DNA of 30,021 bases from Caedibacter taeniospiralis (GTDB lineage Bacteria > Pseudomonadota > Gammaproteobacteria > Francisellales > Francisellaceae): contig NZ_PGGB02000001.1 in assembly GCF_002803295.2 (NCBI RefSeq), positions 128,788 through 158,808 of the forward strand. Reading direction: 5' to 3'. Shown here piece after piece: positions 9,518-21,176 of this stretch; the stretch's first letter is position 1; each line of letters opens with the position of its first letter. Below the pieces are notes generated by a model. That model saw nothing but the letters and a program-made list of their open reading frames with translations, did not search any database and was not told the DNA's origin. Position numbers and translations under genes: made by a program.

Positions 9518-9997
9518 CTAACATTGCTTTCTAAGCAGCGCTTCCAATACCACAGGGTGCACATATTCAGAAACTCTCAATGGATCAATTTTAGCAACCT
9601 GACGGATCATCGTTGAAGAAAGGCAGGTATATTTTTCATCTGGGGTTAAAAATATGGTTTCAAAGTCTTTATTCAGATGGCGATTGATATTTGCCATCTG
9701 GAACTCATAATCAAAATCGGATACAGCACGCAGACCACGAATCACAGCCTGTGCTCCAACTTGTGTAATAAAATCGGCAATCAATCCATCTAAACGTACT
9801 ACGCTGACATTGTCCATATCCGCTAATACTTCACGCGTAATCTGCACGCGCTCATCTTCACTAAGCAGGGTTGATTTACCACTGGCTGTTGAAATGGCAA
9901 CGATCACTTCTGAAAACATCCGTCTGGCACGCTTAATCAAATCAATATGACCAAAACTAATGGGATCAAACGTCCCTGGATATACCACCTTGATCAC
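9518..9997 (-). CDS. coaD: Phosphopantetheine adenylyltransferase
   Basis: 159 aa; YPGTFDPISFGHIDLIKRA, VIRGLRAVSDFDYEFQMANINR, LSSTMIRQVA motifs. Confidence 0.95.
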   Translation of the reverse strand: MIKVVYPGTFDPISFGHIDLIKRARRMFSEVIVAISTASGKSTLLSEDERVQITREVLADMDNVSVVRLDGLIADFITQVGAQAVIRGLRAVSDFDYEFQMANINRHLNKDFETIFLTPDEKYTCLSSTMIRQVAKIDPLRVSEYVHPVVLEALLRKQC

Positions 9998-10006
9998 TAT
10001 ATCTCC

Positions 10007-10558
10007 TTAAAACAGACCTAGTTCCAACTTTGCTTCTTCTGTCATCATGTCAGAATTCCATGGCGGATCAAACACCAACACCACATCTGCTTTATCAACA
10101 TTAGCAAACTGCTTTAACTTATCTTCAACGTCCTGGACAAGCACGGGACCCATGCCACAGCCTGGAGCTGTCAAGGTCATTTGCACGCCGATGTGATAAT
10201 TGCCATTCTCTAAACGTGTGGTTGAAATGTCGTAGATTAATCCTAAATCGACGATATTCACAGGAATTTCAGGATCATATACCGTGCGTAGCTGATCCCA
10301 TACAAGATCAAGATTAACCTCATCCCCTGCTTTTATCCCACTTTTATCACTGGGTAACAAGATGACTTCACGATTGATTGCATCAGCATCCTTGCCATCC
10401 AGATATACCAGGTTCCCCATAACATTTAAGGTAAAGCTTGCTCCCATGGCTTGAGTCACCAAGACCTCTTGACCAGGCATTAACGTCATTTTCTCGCCAT
10501 AAGGGACAGTGGTCACCTCAACCTCACGGCGCAAAATGGCAACATCAGATAGCTTCAT
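10007..10558 (-). CDS. sufT: SufT/MIP18-family (DUF59) Fe-S assembly factor
   Basis: 183 aa; LRTVYDPEIPVNIVDLGLIYDI and MTLTAPGCGMGPVLVQDVEDKL; SufT-like N-terminal extension. Confidence 0.85.
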   Translation of the reverse strand: MKLSDVAILRREVEVTTVPYGEKMTLMPGQEVLVTQAMGASFTLNVMGNLVYLDGKDADAINREVILLPSDKSGIKAGDEVNLDLVWDQLRTVYDPEIPVNIVDLGLIYDISTTRLENGNYHIGVQMTLTAPGCGMGPVLVQDVEDKLKQFANVDKADVVLVFDPPWNSDMMTEEAKLELGLF

Positions 10559-10929
10559 TCTTCTAGCCCTTCTTTTTGCACCGTGAAGCTTTCACCGCAA
10601 CCGCAACGTGCGGACTCATTCGGGTTAGTATAAATAAGTTGAGACAGTCCAAGCTCTTTCCTGACATGGTCGATTTGTAATCCATTGACATACTGGAGAG
10701 CCTTAGGATCCACATAAAATAGCAAACCATTCTCATCGATTTTAATAAACCCTTGTGGAATTTCATGCACGGGTTCAACGACATAAGCCAGGCCTGAGCA
10801 TCCTGTTGTCTTAACACCGATTTTAATCGCAACCCCGCCTGTTTTTTGCAAATGATGTTTAAAGTGTGTGAGAGCCGCTTCGGTAAAAGTCACAGGCTGC
10901 TCTGACCATGGATCAAATTTTTCTATCAT
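10555..10929 (-). CDS. A-type Fe-S cluster carrier (HesB/IscA/SufA family)
   Basis: 124 aa; conserved TGCSGLAY and CGCGESF cysteines; 4-bp overlap with the sufT start. Confidence 0.9.
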   Translation of the reverse strand: MIEKFDPWSEQPVTFTEAALTHFKHHLQKTGGVAIKIGVKTTGCSGLAYVVEPVHEIPQGFIKIDENGLLFYVDPKALQYVNGLQIDHVRKELGLSQLIYTNPNESARCGCGESFTVQKEGLEE

Positions 10930-11024
10930 TTCTATATCCCATTAACCAATAAAACAGCACCAATATAGTATCATTTAAGTCTGCTTTTTTCTAAACTTTC
11001 TTAATTCATCAGTACTGATTGGAG

Positions 11025-11381
11025 CTACCGAGAAAAATCCACTCCCATGACTTCAAGCACTGCCACATGGATAACCCGCAATTGCTTTGGTGTTAATTGA
11101 GCCAAAGGCCCATCAATTAGTCGTTTATTGTCAATTGCTCTGATTTGATCAATCAATAAATCTGAGTCTCTTTCTAGCCTATCTTGCTTCTGTAGTCTGA
11201 TACGTAACGGGTTTGCATCATCAATTAGATTGGTGGTTAAGGGGATAATTAAAGTTGAAGGGTGTTGGACATTCAGCAGTATCTGGCTTTGCAAAATAAG
11301 TACTGGTCTTGTTTTAGCTGCTTCTGTCCCTTCAGATGTAGATGGATTTAAATTTGCTAACCAGATTTCACCTGTTTTCAT
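11025..11381 (-). CDS. MazF/PemK-family toxin (type II TA)
   Basis: GEIWLANLNPSTSEGTEAAKTRPVLILQSQ...STLIIPLTTN...DLLIDQIRAID. The ORF track starts at 11423, but MKTGEIW at 11381 is the more likely start, just after the antitoxin stop. Confidence 0.85.
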   Translation of the reverse strand: MKTGEIWLANLNPSTSEGTEAAKTRPVLILQSQILLNVQHPSTLIIPLTTNLIDDANPLRIRLQKQDRLERDSDLLIDQIRAIDNKRLIDGPLAQLTPKQLRVIHVAVLEVMGVDFSR

Positions 11382-11385
11382 TGTA

Positions 11386-11622
11386 TCATTCAGGGTCACG
11401 TTCAATCTCACCAAACTCTGCATTAATTTTCATGCTTTCTCGTCTAACCTTCAGACTTGCTTTTTTTAGTTTTGCTTCATTGATTTGACGCTGCATCTCA
11501 ACATTCATATATTCTATCGCCTTACGGATATATTCCGTTTGCGATACGTGCAGAAAGTTTGCATTTGACTTAACTGCTTGTAAAAGATGTTCATTCAATC
11601 GAACAGATACAACTGATCTCAT
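11386..11622 (-). CDS. Ribbon-helix-helix antitoxin partner of the MazF-like toxin
   Basis: MRSVVSVRLNEHLLQAVKSNANFLHVSQTEYIRKAIEYMN is RHH-like. The ORF track starts at 11661, but ATG at 11622 is preceded by GCGGAGG (Shine-Dalgarno) at good spacing. Confidence 0.8.
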   Translation of the reverse strand: MRSVVSVRLNEHLLQAVKSNANFLHVSQTEYIRKAIEYMNVEMQRQINEAKLKKASLKVRRESMKINAEFGEIERDPE

Positions 11623-11631
11623 TATAACCTC

Positions 11632-11671
11632 CGCAAATGAAGTATATTTTGTAATACGCAACTGAAGTATA
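11632..11671. promoter_or_regulatory. Direct-repeat operator candidate for the TA operon
   Basis: CGCAAATGAAGTATA (11632-11646) and CGCAACTGAAGTATA (11657-11671), 14/15 identical, 25-bp period, immediately upstream of the re-called antitoxin start. Confidence 0.55.
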
Positions 11672-11713
11672 TAGGTTTATTCAGGTCTGTCAATATACCC
11701 ATCACAAACCATT

Positions 11714-14131
<2,418 letters not shown>

Positions 14132-14276
14132 TCAGTCCCTCCACTTTTATTCAAAATAAATCGCCAGGGAGTATAACAAAATTTAGTGCCAAACACCTTA
14201 ACTTATTGCCAGGTTCCTCGATGAATCATATGTGTCGAAAGAGGTAGCCGTCATGTCCCGATATCATTTAAGAAGT

Positions 14277-14843
14277 TTATGACTGCAGCCTTAGAACATA
14301 CCTGGCAATTCGCTGCCCAAATAATTCAGCTGTTCTCTTATCACCAACAGGAGGGGTTACCTCAGGGGAGTCATTTTCCGATTGCGTCATCAACCCTAAA
14401 GAGCCACCCATGCGATTTAACGCCTCTAAATGTCCACTGCTATGCTCATGCTGTCCTGAGGTGTTGTCGATACCTAATGACAACCACAGCATTCCATGCT
14501 GACAGGCAAATGTACATAACTGCATTAAGACGTTAAATTTATCGCCACTTAATGCCCCTGAATTGGTAAACCCCGCAGCTAATTTATCTTTCCAGCCTTT
14601 TTTAAGCCAGACCTTTGAAGCATCATCCATAAATTTTTTAAATTGGTATGGCACAGATCCCATATAAGTTGGGGCACCAAAAACAAGCGCCTCATAATCA
14701 CTTAGTGCATCCACGTCCTGCAACTCATCCACACTGATTAAACTTGCATACACCTCCGATGATTGATCTATACCCAGTTTGATATGCTCAGCGATTTTTT
14801 TCGTATGTCCATAACCGCTGTAATAAACAATTGCCACATTCTT
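14277..14843 (-). CDS. Flavodoxin/NAD(P)H-quinone oxidoreductase family protein (WrbA-like)
   Basis: MKNVAIVYYSGYGHTKKIAEHI...YEALVFGAPTYMGSVPYQFKKFMDD...KDKLAAGFTNSGALSGDKF. The ORF track starts 7 codons upstream. Confidence 0.8.
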   Translation of the reverse strand, partial: KNVAIVYYSGYGHTKKIAEHIKLGIDQSSEVYASLISVDELQDVDALSDYEALVFGAPTYMGSVPYQFKKFMDDASKVWLKKGWKDKLAAGFTNSGALSGDKFNVLMQLCTFACQHGMLWLSLGIDNTSGQHEHSSGHLEALNRMGGSLGLMTQSENDSPEVTPPVGDKRTAELFGQRIARYVLRLQS

Positions 14844-15009
14844 CATGCCTGAAATGAGACTCATTACTTAAGTAAAGTTTCGCCATTGTAGCATGGTGCA
14901 AGTCCGATTCAATCACATAAGTCTTAAGATGCCAGGAATACTAAATCTGTTTGCTTTTTCGTGTGGATGCGCCTTTGGCTTAGCCATCCTCTGCTTTGCA
15001 GGGTTTACG

Positions 15010-15897
15010 CTAGATTTTCTTGAAGTATTTGCGACTTAAATCCACACCAAACCATTTTTCCAGCTTCATTTTAAATCGTTGGCGTTTCTCTTTTTTTGTG
15101 AGTGTATGATTTGGATTGGCTTTAAACAACCCTTCTTCTTCTGCGAAAAACCCAGCAATAATCTCAGGATGTTCACCTGTGAATCTGGTTAGAATCTGAC
15201 TGTCAATGTCGCTGTATTTAGAATCAAAGCCTTCTGATTTTCCCCAGTGTTTATTAACCTGACTGATCTTTTTACTCATTGCCGCTTCAGGGCGAACCCA
15301 GCCATAATGATAGATATAACTATCAAGAAGTTTTGCCTTTGGATAACGCGCGATGCGATTAGATTTTTCAGGATCAAGTACAAGCCAGTAAAGTCCATCT
15401 GGCGCATAACTTCTGACACTGGCTTTGATAATTCTCGGAGCGTAGCGATACCACGTGGGGGATGACAGATAGGTATTGGTGTTGCCATAAAAATGATAAT
15501 AATGAAAAGCCAAAGCTTCAACTTCTTTATCATCTTGGTAACGATATAAGGCATCCTGTATGACAGACAGATCTTTTTCATGCACAATCTCATCACCCTC
15601 GAGATAGAACAGCCAATCTCCCGTGCAGGCGAACTGTGCAATCATTTTTTGCTGAGCGTAGGTATAACCCTTGACCTGCATGTGCTCATTCCACACGGTT
15701 TCAATGATCTTAATTTTTGGATTTTCTTTGACTAATTGGTGCAGGAGCGCGGGGCTGTTGTCATGCGACTTACCCAAGGCAATAATAAATTCATCACAAA
15801 TCGGTAAAATAGATTGAATCGATTGAATATAAGGAAAGCAAAGCTCTTCAGCGTTGCGTAAAAAAGTAAATCCTGATAACTTCATAACACACGACAA
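15010..15897 (-). CDS. Glycosyltransferase family 2-like protein
   Basis: 295 aa; KLSGFTFLRNAEELCFPYIQSIQSILPICDEFIIALGKSHDNS...GDWLFYLEGDEIVHEKDL. The start may be the second Met (MKLSGFTF). Confidence 0.75.
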   Translation of the reverse strand: MSCVMKLSGFTFLRNAEELCFPYIQSIQSILPICDEFIIALGKSHDNSPALLHQLVKENPKIKIIETVWNEHMQVKGYTYAQQKMIAQFACTGDWLFYLEGDEIVHEKDLSVIQDALYRYQDDKEVEALAFHYYHFYGNTNTYLSSPTWYRYAPRIIKASVRSYAPDGLYWLVLDPEKSNRIARYPKAKLLDSYIYHYGWVRPEAAMSKKISQVNKHWGKSEGFDSKYSDIDSQILTRFTGEHPEIIAGFFAEEEGLFKANPNHTLTKKEKRQRFKMKLEKWFGVDLSRKYFKKI

Positions 15898-16108
15898 TTT
15901 CTAAGTTTGCTTTAGTCTATACGTAAATTAACAAGGAAATAACGTGATTCTGCAAAAAATTATTCAATCTAAAAAAGATGAACTTAAAAATTTACCCATC
16001 ATTGATACGCCACTTATGGTGGCGTATTGGCGGGTACCGTGCTTATGCGCAGCAGATAAAGCTGCCTTTTTGCAACAGGCACTGCGGTGAAATGATGTGT
16101 ATCCCTGT

Positions 16109-16137
16109 TTGTTCTTTCTCACTAAATGCGCTATAGT
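16109..16137 (+). promoter_or_regulatory. Candidate sigma70-type promoter upstream of der
   Basis: TTGTTC (16109-16114), 17-bp spacer, TATAGT (16132-16137), 39 bp before the der ATG. Confidence 0.45.
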
Positions 16138-16176
16138 GCGCGACAGTAAATTCAATACCGTTTAAGTCTTAAAATT

Positions 16177-17628
16177 ATGGTTCCTGTCATTGCAATTGTT
16201 GGTCGACCAAATGTGGGCAAGTCGACACTTTTTAATGCCTTAACGCACACGCGTGATGCGCTTGTATATGATATGCCAGGGGTTACACGTGATCGGCAAT
16301 ATGGTCAGGCGATTTTCGAGGAGCACCCCTATATTGTGATTGATACAGGAGGTCTGTCGGATAATGACACAGGTGTTGATGGCTCCATGGCAAGTCAATC
16401 GGTGCTTGCCATTGAAGAAGCTGATTTGGTGTATTTTATGGTTGACGCTAAAGCAGGACTCACCTCGGGAGATCAGTATATTGCTGAGTTACTTAGAACT
16501 CGTGGCAAACCCTCGGTGCTCGTTGTCAATAAAACAGATGGCTTACAGGAAGAAGTTGCTGCAGCAGAGTTTTATAGCCTGGGTTTTGATCAGCTGTTTG
16601 CCATTGCGGCAAGTCACAGGCGTGGAGTGAGTCACCTGTTATCACAGACGCTGCTGCCATTGTGTGAGCGGGCTTTAAACGACTCAGCTCATGCCGAAGG
16701 TGAAGCCAATAAACGTGGTATTCGCTTTGCCTTAATTGGTCGACCCAATGTTGGCAAATCCACCCTCACTAATCGTATGTTAGGTGAGGATCGTGTTGTG
16801 GTATATGATCTGCCAGGAACCACGATTGATAGCGTCTACATTCCCTTCTCGCGCAATGATGAAGATTATACCATCATTGATACAGCAGGCATCCGTCGCA
16901 AAGGCAAAGTCAGAGAAACACTTGAGAAGTTCTCTGTGGTTAAGACCTTGCAAGCGATTAAAGATGCGAATGTTGTGATTGTTCTTATCGATGCCAAAGA
17001 AGGTTTGACCGATCAGGACATGCACCTGATGGGGTTTGCCTTAAATGCAGGGCGTGCCATGGTGATTGCGGTGAACAAATGGGATGGCATGACTCAGAAC
17101 GATAAGGACAGGCTTAAAGAGGAAATCAACCGTCGTTTAATATTTTTAACAGATTATGTTGATATTCACTTTATTTCCGCCTTACACGGCACCAATGTGG
17201 GACATTTGTTTGCCTCACTTAAAAATGCCTACAAAAGTGCGACGAAAAAAATTGCAACTCCAGAGCTTACACAAGTCTTAAAGATGGCGACACAAGATCA
17301 TGTGCCACCAATGTCAGGTAAATCGCGCATTAAACTGAAATATGCACATATGGGAGGGCACAACCCGCCGATTATTGTGATTCATGGGAATCAGGTCAAC
17401 AATCTCCCAGGATCGTATAAGCGTTACCTGGAGAAGTTTTTCCGTGAGGCTTTCAAGCTTGTGGGAACGCCGATTAGCTTCGAGTTTAAGCAGTCAGAGA
17501 ACCGGTATGAGCCAATCAAGCAGAGAAAACTAACACCGCTGCAGCGCTATAAAGACAAGCAGACACAAAAAGAGAAAATGCAGCACAAGCGCTCAGGCAG
17601 CAGTAAGAATAATTCAATAAAAAAATAA
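16177..17628 (+). CDS. der: Ribosome biogenesis GTPase Der (EngA)
   Basis: 483 aa with two G domains (GRPNVGKSTLFNALT; GRPNVGKSTLTNRML), two DxxG sites, and a C-terminal KH-like domain. Confidence 0.97.
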   Translation: MVPVIAIVGRPNVGKSTLFNALTHTRDALVYDMPGVTRDRQYGQAIFEEHPYIVIDTGGLSDNDTGVDGSMASQSVLAIEEADLVYFMVDAKAGLTSGDQYIAELLRTRGKPSVLVVNKTDGLQEEVAAAEFYSLGFDQLFAIAASHRRGVSHLLSQTLLPLCERALNDSAHAEGEANKRGIRFALIGRPNVGKSTLTNRMLGEDRVVVYDLPGTTIDSVYIPFSRNDEDYTIIDTAGIRRKGKVRETLEKFSVVKTLQAIKDANVVIVLIDAKEGLTDQDMHLMGFALNAGRAMVIAVNKWDGMTQNDKDRLKEEINRRLIFLTDYVDIHFISALHGTNVGHLFASLKNAYKSATKKIATPELTQVLKMATQDHVPPMSGKSRIKLKYAHMGGHNPPIIVIHGNQVNNLPGSYKRYLEKFFREAFKLVGTPISFEFKQSENRYEPIKQRKLTPLQRYKDKQTQKEKMQHKRSGSSKNNSIKK

Positions 17629-17632
17629 AATC

Positions 17633-18916
17633 ATGCAGATAAAAGTCAGTAAACGACACCATCTACAAGAAGTAAATATTCAGCTCTCTGGTGCAAAAAA
17701 TGCCCTGTTACATCTGCTTTTTGCGAGTCTACTAACAGAAGACACAACAACGCTGACTAATGTTCCCTCAAGTTTACGAGATTATCATGCGGTTTGTGAT
17801 ATTTTGCTGGCAATTGGCGCAAGGGTCGACAGCATGGATGGCATCGTGGCGATTACCGCGCCACAAAAAATCAGTCAGATTGATGTTTCCAGTAGTTATA
17901 CAAGACGAACACGAACCTCATTAATGCTTTTGGGGGCGTTGGCAAAAAAAGTGGGTATATTGAGTATCGGTCATCCAGGAGGTTGTTCTTTCAGTGAGCA
18001 AAGACCTTTTGATATCCATCTTCATGGTTTTGAGGCATTGGGTGCCAGAGTGACTTATGATGACTATCACATTACGATTGAGCATATTGTCGATAAAGAG
18101 GTTGAGCATACCTTACGCTATCCTTCAGTCGGGGCAAGCATTAACTTAATGCTGTATGCGGTTTTAGGCAGCACAGAAGTAACGCTGCATAATATCGCTC
18201 TAGAGCCAGAAGTGATTGAGGTGGCAAGCTTCTTAAACTATGCAGGAGCACAGATTAAAATTGACCACCATCAGCGTATCATGTCCATCAAAGGGGTTGA
18301 AAGACTATCAGGTGTTAATTTTCGTGTTATGTATGATCGAATTCAAACGATGACGTATGCTGCGTTAGCCTATTTGCATCAGCTGGATGTATGCGTTGAA
18401 GGGGTGAATACTAAAGAATATATTGCCAAGCCGTTACAAGTATTAAAAGAAATGGGGGCAAAGTGGCGTTTTGAACCTGATAAAAACAGGATTTATTTTC
18501 AAGGTAGAAAAAGTGTGCTTAAACCTACCCGTATTACTGCCATGCCTTACCCTGAGTTTGCAACAGATTTACAGCCTGTTTTTGCCGTCATGTGTGTTAA
18601 AGCGCCAGGGGTTTCTGAAATCACAGATACGGTATATCCTGAGCGCATCAAATATGTGGATGAACTGAGAAAGCTGAATTTTCCGATTGAGTACCATCAA
18701 GGAAAAATCCGTATTTTTGGCGGTGAACCCCATACACTGCACGCAGCGACCATGAAGAGTTATGACTTGCGCGCGGGGATGGCGGTTGTCATGGGCGCAT
18801 CATTATCGGATCAGGTATGTACCATCAGCTCAGCAGAGCAGATTTTCCGTGGCTATGAGAATTTACTTGAGAATATGACCCATTTCATGCACATCAGTAT
18901 CGACACAGGGGAATGA
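17633..18916 (+). CDS. murA: UDP-N-acetylglucosamine 1-carboxyvinyltransferase-like (divergent MurA)
   Basis: 427 aa; SGAKNALL, HPGGCSFSEQRPFDIHLHGFEALGA, PYPEFATDLQPVFAVMC, FRGYENLLENM match MurA motifs with substitutions. Confidence 0.85.
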   Translation: MQIKVSKRHHLQEVNIQLSGAKNALLHLLFASLLTEDTTTLTNVPSSLRDYHAVCDILLAIGARVDSMDGIVAITAPQKISQIDVSSSYTRRTRTSLMLLGALAKKVGILSIGHPGGCSFSEQRPFDIHLHGFEALGARVTYDDYHITIEHIVDKEVEHTLRYPSVGASINLMLYAVLGSTEVTLHNIALEPEVIEVASFLNYAGAQIKIDHHQRIMSIKGVERLSGVNFRVMYDRIQTMTYAALAYLHQLDVCVEGVNTKEYIAKPLQVLKEMGAKWRFEPDKNRIYFQGRKSVLKPTRITAMPYPEFATDLQPVFAVMCVKAPGVSEITDTVYPERIKYVDELRKLNFPIEYHQGKIRIFGGEPHTLHAATMKSYDLRAGMAVVMGASLSDQVCTISSAEQIFRGYENLLENMTHFMHISIDTGE

Positions 18917-19755
18917 AAATGTTCTCTTTAAAGTCTTATAATACCTATCAGTTGGAGAGTTTTGCGCGCGATGTTTATTTTCCAACATCCGTTGAGGAAA
19001 TATTTACCATTTACAAAACACATCCTCGCGTAGCGGTTTTAGGTAATGGGAGTAATATTATCCTTTCTAAGCCTGTTTATGATGAAATTGCATTTATTAT
19101 TATTAGAGATAATTTTAATAAACTCTACACAACCGATGAAGGGATTTATGCTGAGGCAGGCTGCCTGCTAAAGCCTCTGTCTCTTTACGCCTATGAGTGT
19201 GGCTTAAGTGGTGTTGAGACTTTTTTTGATGTGCCCGCAAGCGTTGGTGGAGCGATGGTGATGAATACGGGTGCCTATGGTGATGAAATTTATGATCATG
19301 TGCTCTATGTTGATGTGTTGAATCAAAGCACAGGTGAGAAGGTGACATTAGCAAAGAAGCAGATTGATTTTGGTTATCGCTATTCCATGTTCAAAAACTC
19401 ATGCTTTATCGTTTTAGGCGCATGTTTTCAGTTTCAGCCCAAAGAGAAAACTCAGATAAAAGCTAAAATGGAAGCCATTTTGGCACAACGCCAGGCAAAA
19501 CTGCCACAAGAACCGAGTGCTGGAAGCGTATTTAAACGTCCGAATTATCCTATTACTGTCGGTGAAATGGTGGAGAAAATAGGTTTAAAAGGCTATCAGA
19601 TTGGGGGGGCACAGATTTCGCCAAAGCATGGCGGTGTTATTGTCAATGCAGGGAATGCAAGGGGAGAAGATGTGTTAAGCCTGATTGAGCATATTAAGAC
19701 AGAAGTTCTAGCACATTATCAGGTTGAGCTTGAACTTGAACAAATCATTATTTAG
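18913..19755 (+). CDS. murB: UDP-N-acetylenolpyruvoylglucosamine reductase, type II-like
   Basis: 280 aa; NTYQLESFA, LGNGSNIILS, GLSGVETFFDVPASVGGAMVMNTGAYG, RYSMFK, EPSAGSVFKRP, GGAQISPKHGGVIVNAGNA. Overlaps the murA stop by 4 bp. Confidence 0.92.
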   Translation: MKMFSLKSYNTYQLESFARDVYFPTSVEEIFTIYKTHPRVAVLGNGSNIILSKPVYDEIAFIIIRDNFNKLYTTDEGIYAEAGCLLKPLSLYAYECGLSGVETFFDVPASVGGAMVMNTGAYGDEIYDHVLYVDVLNQSTGEKVTLAKKQIDFGYRYSMFKNSCFIVLGACFQFQPKEKTQIKAKMEAILAQRQAKLPQEPSAGSVFKRPNYPITVGEMVEKIGLKGYQIGGAQISPKHGGVIVNAGNARGEDVLSLIEHIKTEVLAHYQVELELEQIII

Positions 19756-19851
19756 CGTAGATCTTTGCAAACTATTACAAATTTGGAATGCGCCCGTTAC
19801 ACACTCTTGCTGCATGAGTTTTCTAATGCTGGCGAAGTTTCCAGTACGTTT

Positions 19852-20844
19852 CTACTCACTTTTAAGCGATCTCGCTAATAGTGCATGCGCCGTCGTACGC
19901 ATGTCTTTGCCTTCATGCAAGATGCCATAGACTGCCTCAATTATGGGCATGGAAACCCGATGCTTTTGTGCGAGCTTATACACGACACGGGTAGAAGCGA
20001 TGCCTTCAACGACCTGTTGAACCTCCATACAGGCTTCGGTAATACTTCTCCCTTGACCAATCAGCACACCAAAACGGCGATTGCGCGATTGATTGTCGGT
20101 ACAGGTGAGAAGCAGGTCACCAAGCCCGCTTAGACCATAGAAGGTTTCCAGTTTACCGCCAAGGGTTACCCCAAATTGCGTAAGCTCATTGAGTCCACGT
20201 GTTATAAGACCCGCTCTGGCATTGGCGCCAAAGCCTAAACCATCGGATATCCCACAGGCAATTGCTAACGCATTTTTAACGGCACCGCCAATTTCAGCAC
20301 CAGTTATGTCGGTTGAGGTATAGCAGCGAAAGTTGTCGCTATTAAATAGACTTTGAATGTGCTTGGCATACGTATGGTTTTTGGAGGCAGCAAGTATCGC
20401 AGTAGGTAATCCCTTGGCGACCTCTTTGGCAAAACTGGGTCCTGTGATTAAGCCAAAATGGTGTGATTCAAGAATGGCTTCAGCCATTTGATCTAACAGC
20501 TGATAGCTGTGGTGACAAAAGCCTTTAGTTGCCGAAATAACGCCTTGCGTGTCATTTAGGTAAGGTTTGAGTGTGTTTAATGTGTCAATAAATCCGCTAC
20601 TTGGTGTGGCAACGAGTATATCATCGCACTGCTTGATGACGTTTTTCCAGTCTTCAATAGCCGTTAAGTTGGTGAGGAAATCAATCTCAGGTAAATAAGC
20701 GTGATTATGTTTATCCTCAATCATTTGCTTATTATGTGCTTGTTTCCATGAATGAAGATAAACCCTGTGCCCCGCGCGCGCGAGCTGCAGTGCCAACGCA
20801 GTTCCCCAGGAGCCAGCTCCCATTACCAGAATTTTATTGCTCAT
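19852..20844 (-). CDS. gpsA: Glycerol-3-phosphate dehydrogenase [NAD(P)+]
   Basis: 330 aa; VMGAGSWGTALALQLARAGH, GLITGPSFAKEVAKGLPTA, GAEIGGAVKNALAIACGISDGLGFGANARAGLITRGLNE, LSGLGDLLLTCT. Confidence 0.96.
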   Translation of the reverse strand: MSNKILVMGAGSWGTALALQLARAGHRVYLHSWKQAHNKQMIEDKHNHAYLPEIDFLTNLTAIEDWKNVIKQCDDILVATPSSGFIDTLNTLKPYLNDTQGVISATKGFCHHSYQLLDQMAEAILESHHFGLITGPSFAKEVAKGLPTAILAASKNHTYAKHIQSLFNSDNFRCYTSTDITGAEIGGAVKNALAIACGISDGLGFGANARAGLITRGLNELTQFGVTLGGKLETFYGLSGLGDLLLTCTDNQSRNRRFGVLIGQGRSITEACMEVQQVVEGIASTRVVYKLAQKHRVSMPIIEAVYGILHEGKDMRTTAHALLARSLKSE

Positions 20845-21176
20845 CGCACGGGCTTTCCATTTTTTTACAAAGCATGTTAGGCGATTATGCTTGAAATGAA
20901 AATAGAAGAGAGTGGCAGAAGCAGGGGAATCTCAGCTATATGCGAGTACTATTGCTTGTACTGGGTTTAGAAAGGTCAATTAAGGGAAAATAAGGGCAAT
21001 TTGAGCCAACTTCATTGGTTATTCTAACAATCAGAAACCTCGTGGATAGTGCTATTTTTTTTCACAAAGTTTTTGCATTTTTGCTTAAAACAGGTAGGCT
21101 TTGCCTTTTGTGACGATAATGTATTTTTTACGTTAAATTTCGCTATGACCATCTTTCTGCCCACTTGCATTAAATT

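Noticed and set aside
14940-15000. Weak GGATG...CATCC and GCAG/CTGC pairing downstream of the glycosyltransferase
   Set aside because: Short, imperfect stems with no T-tract; insufficient for a terminator call.
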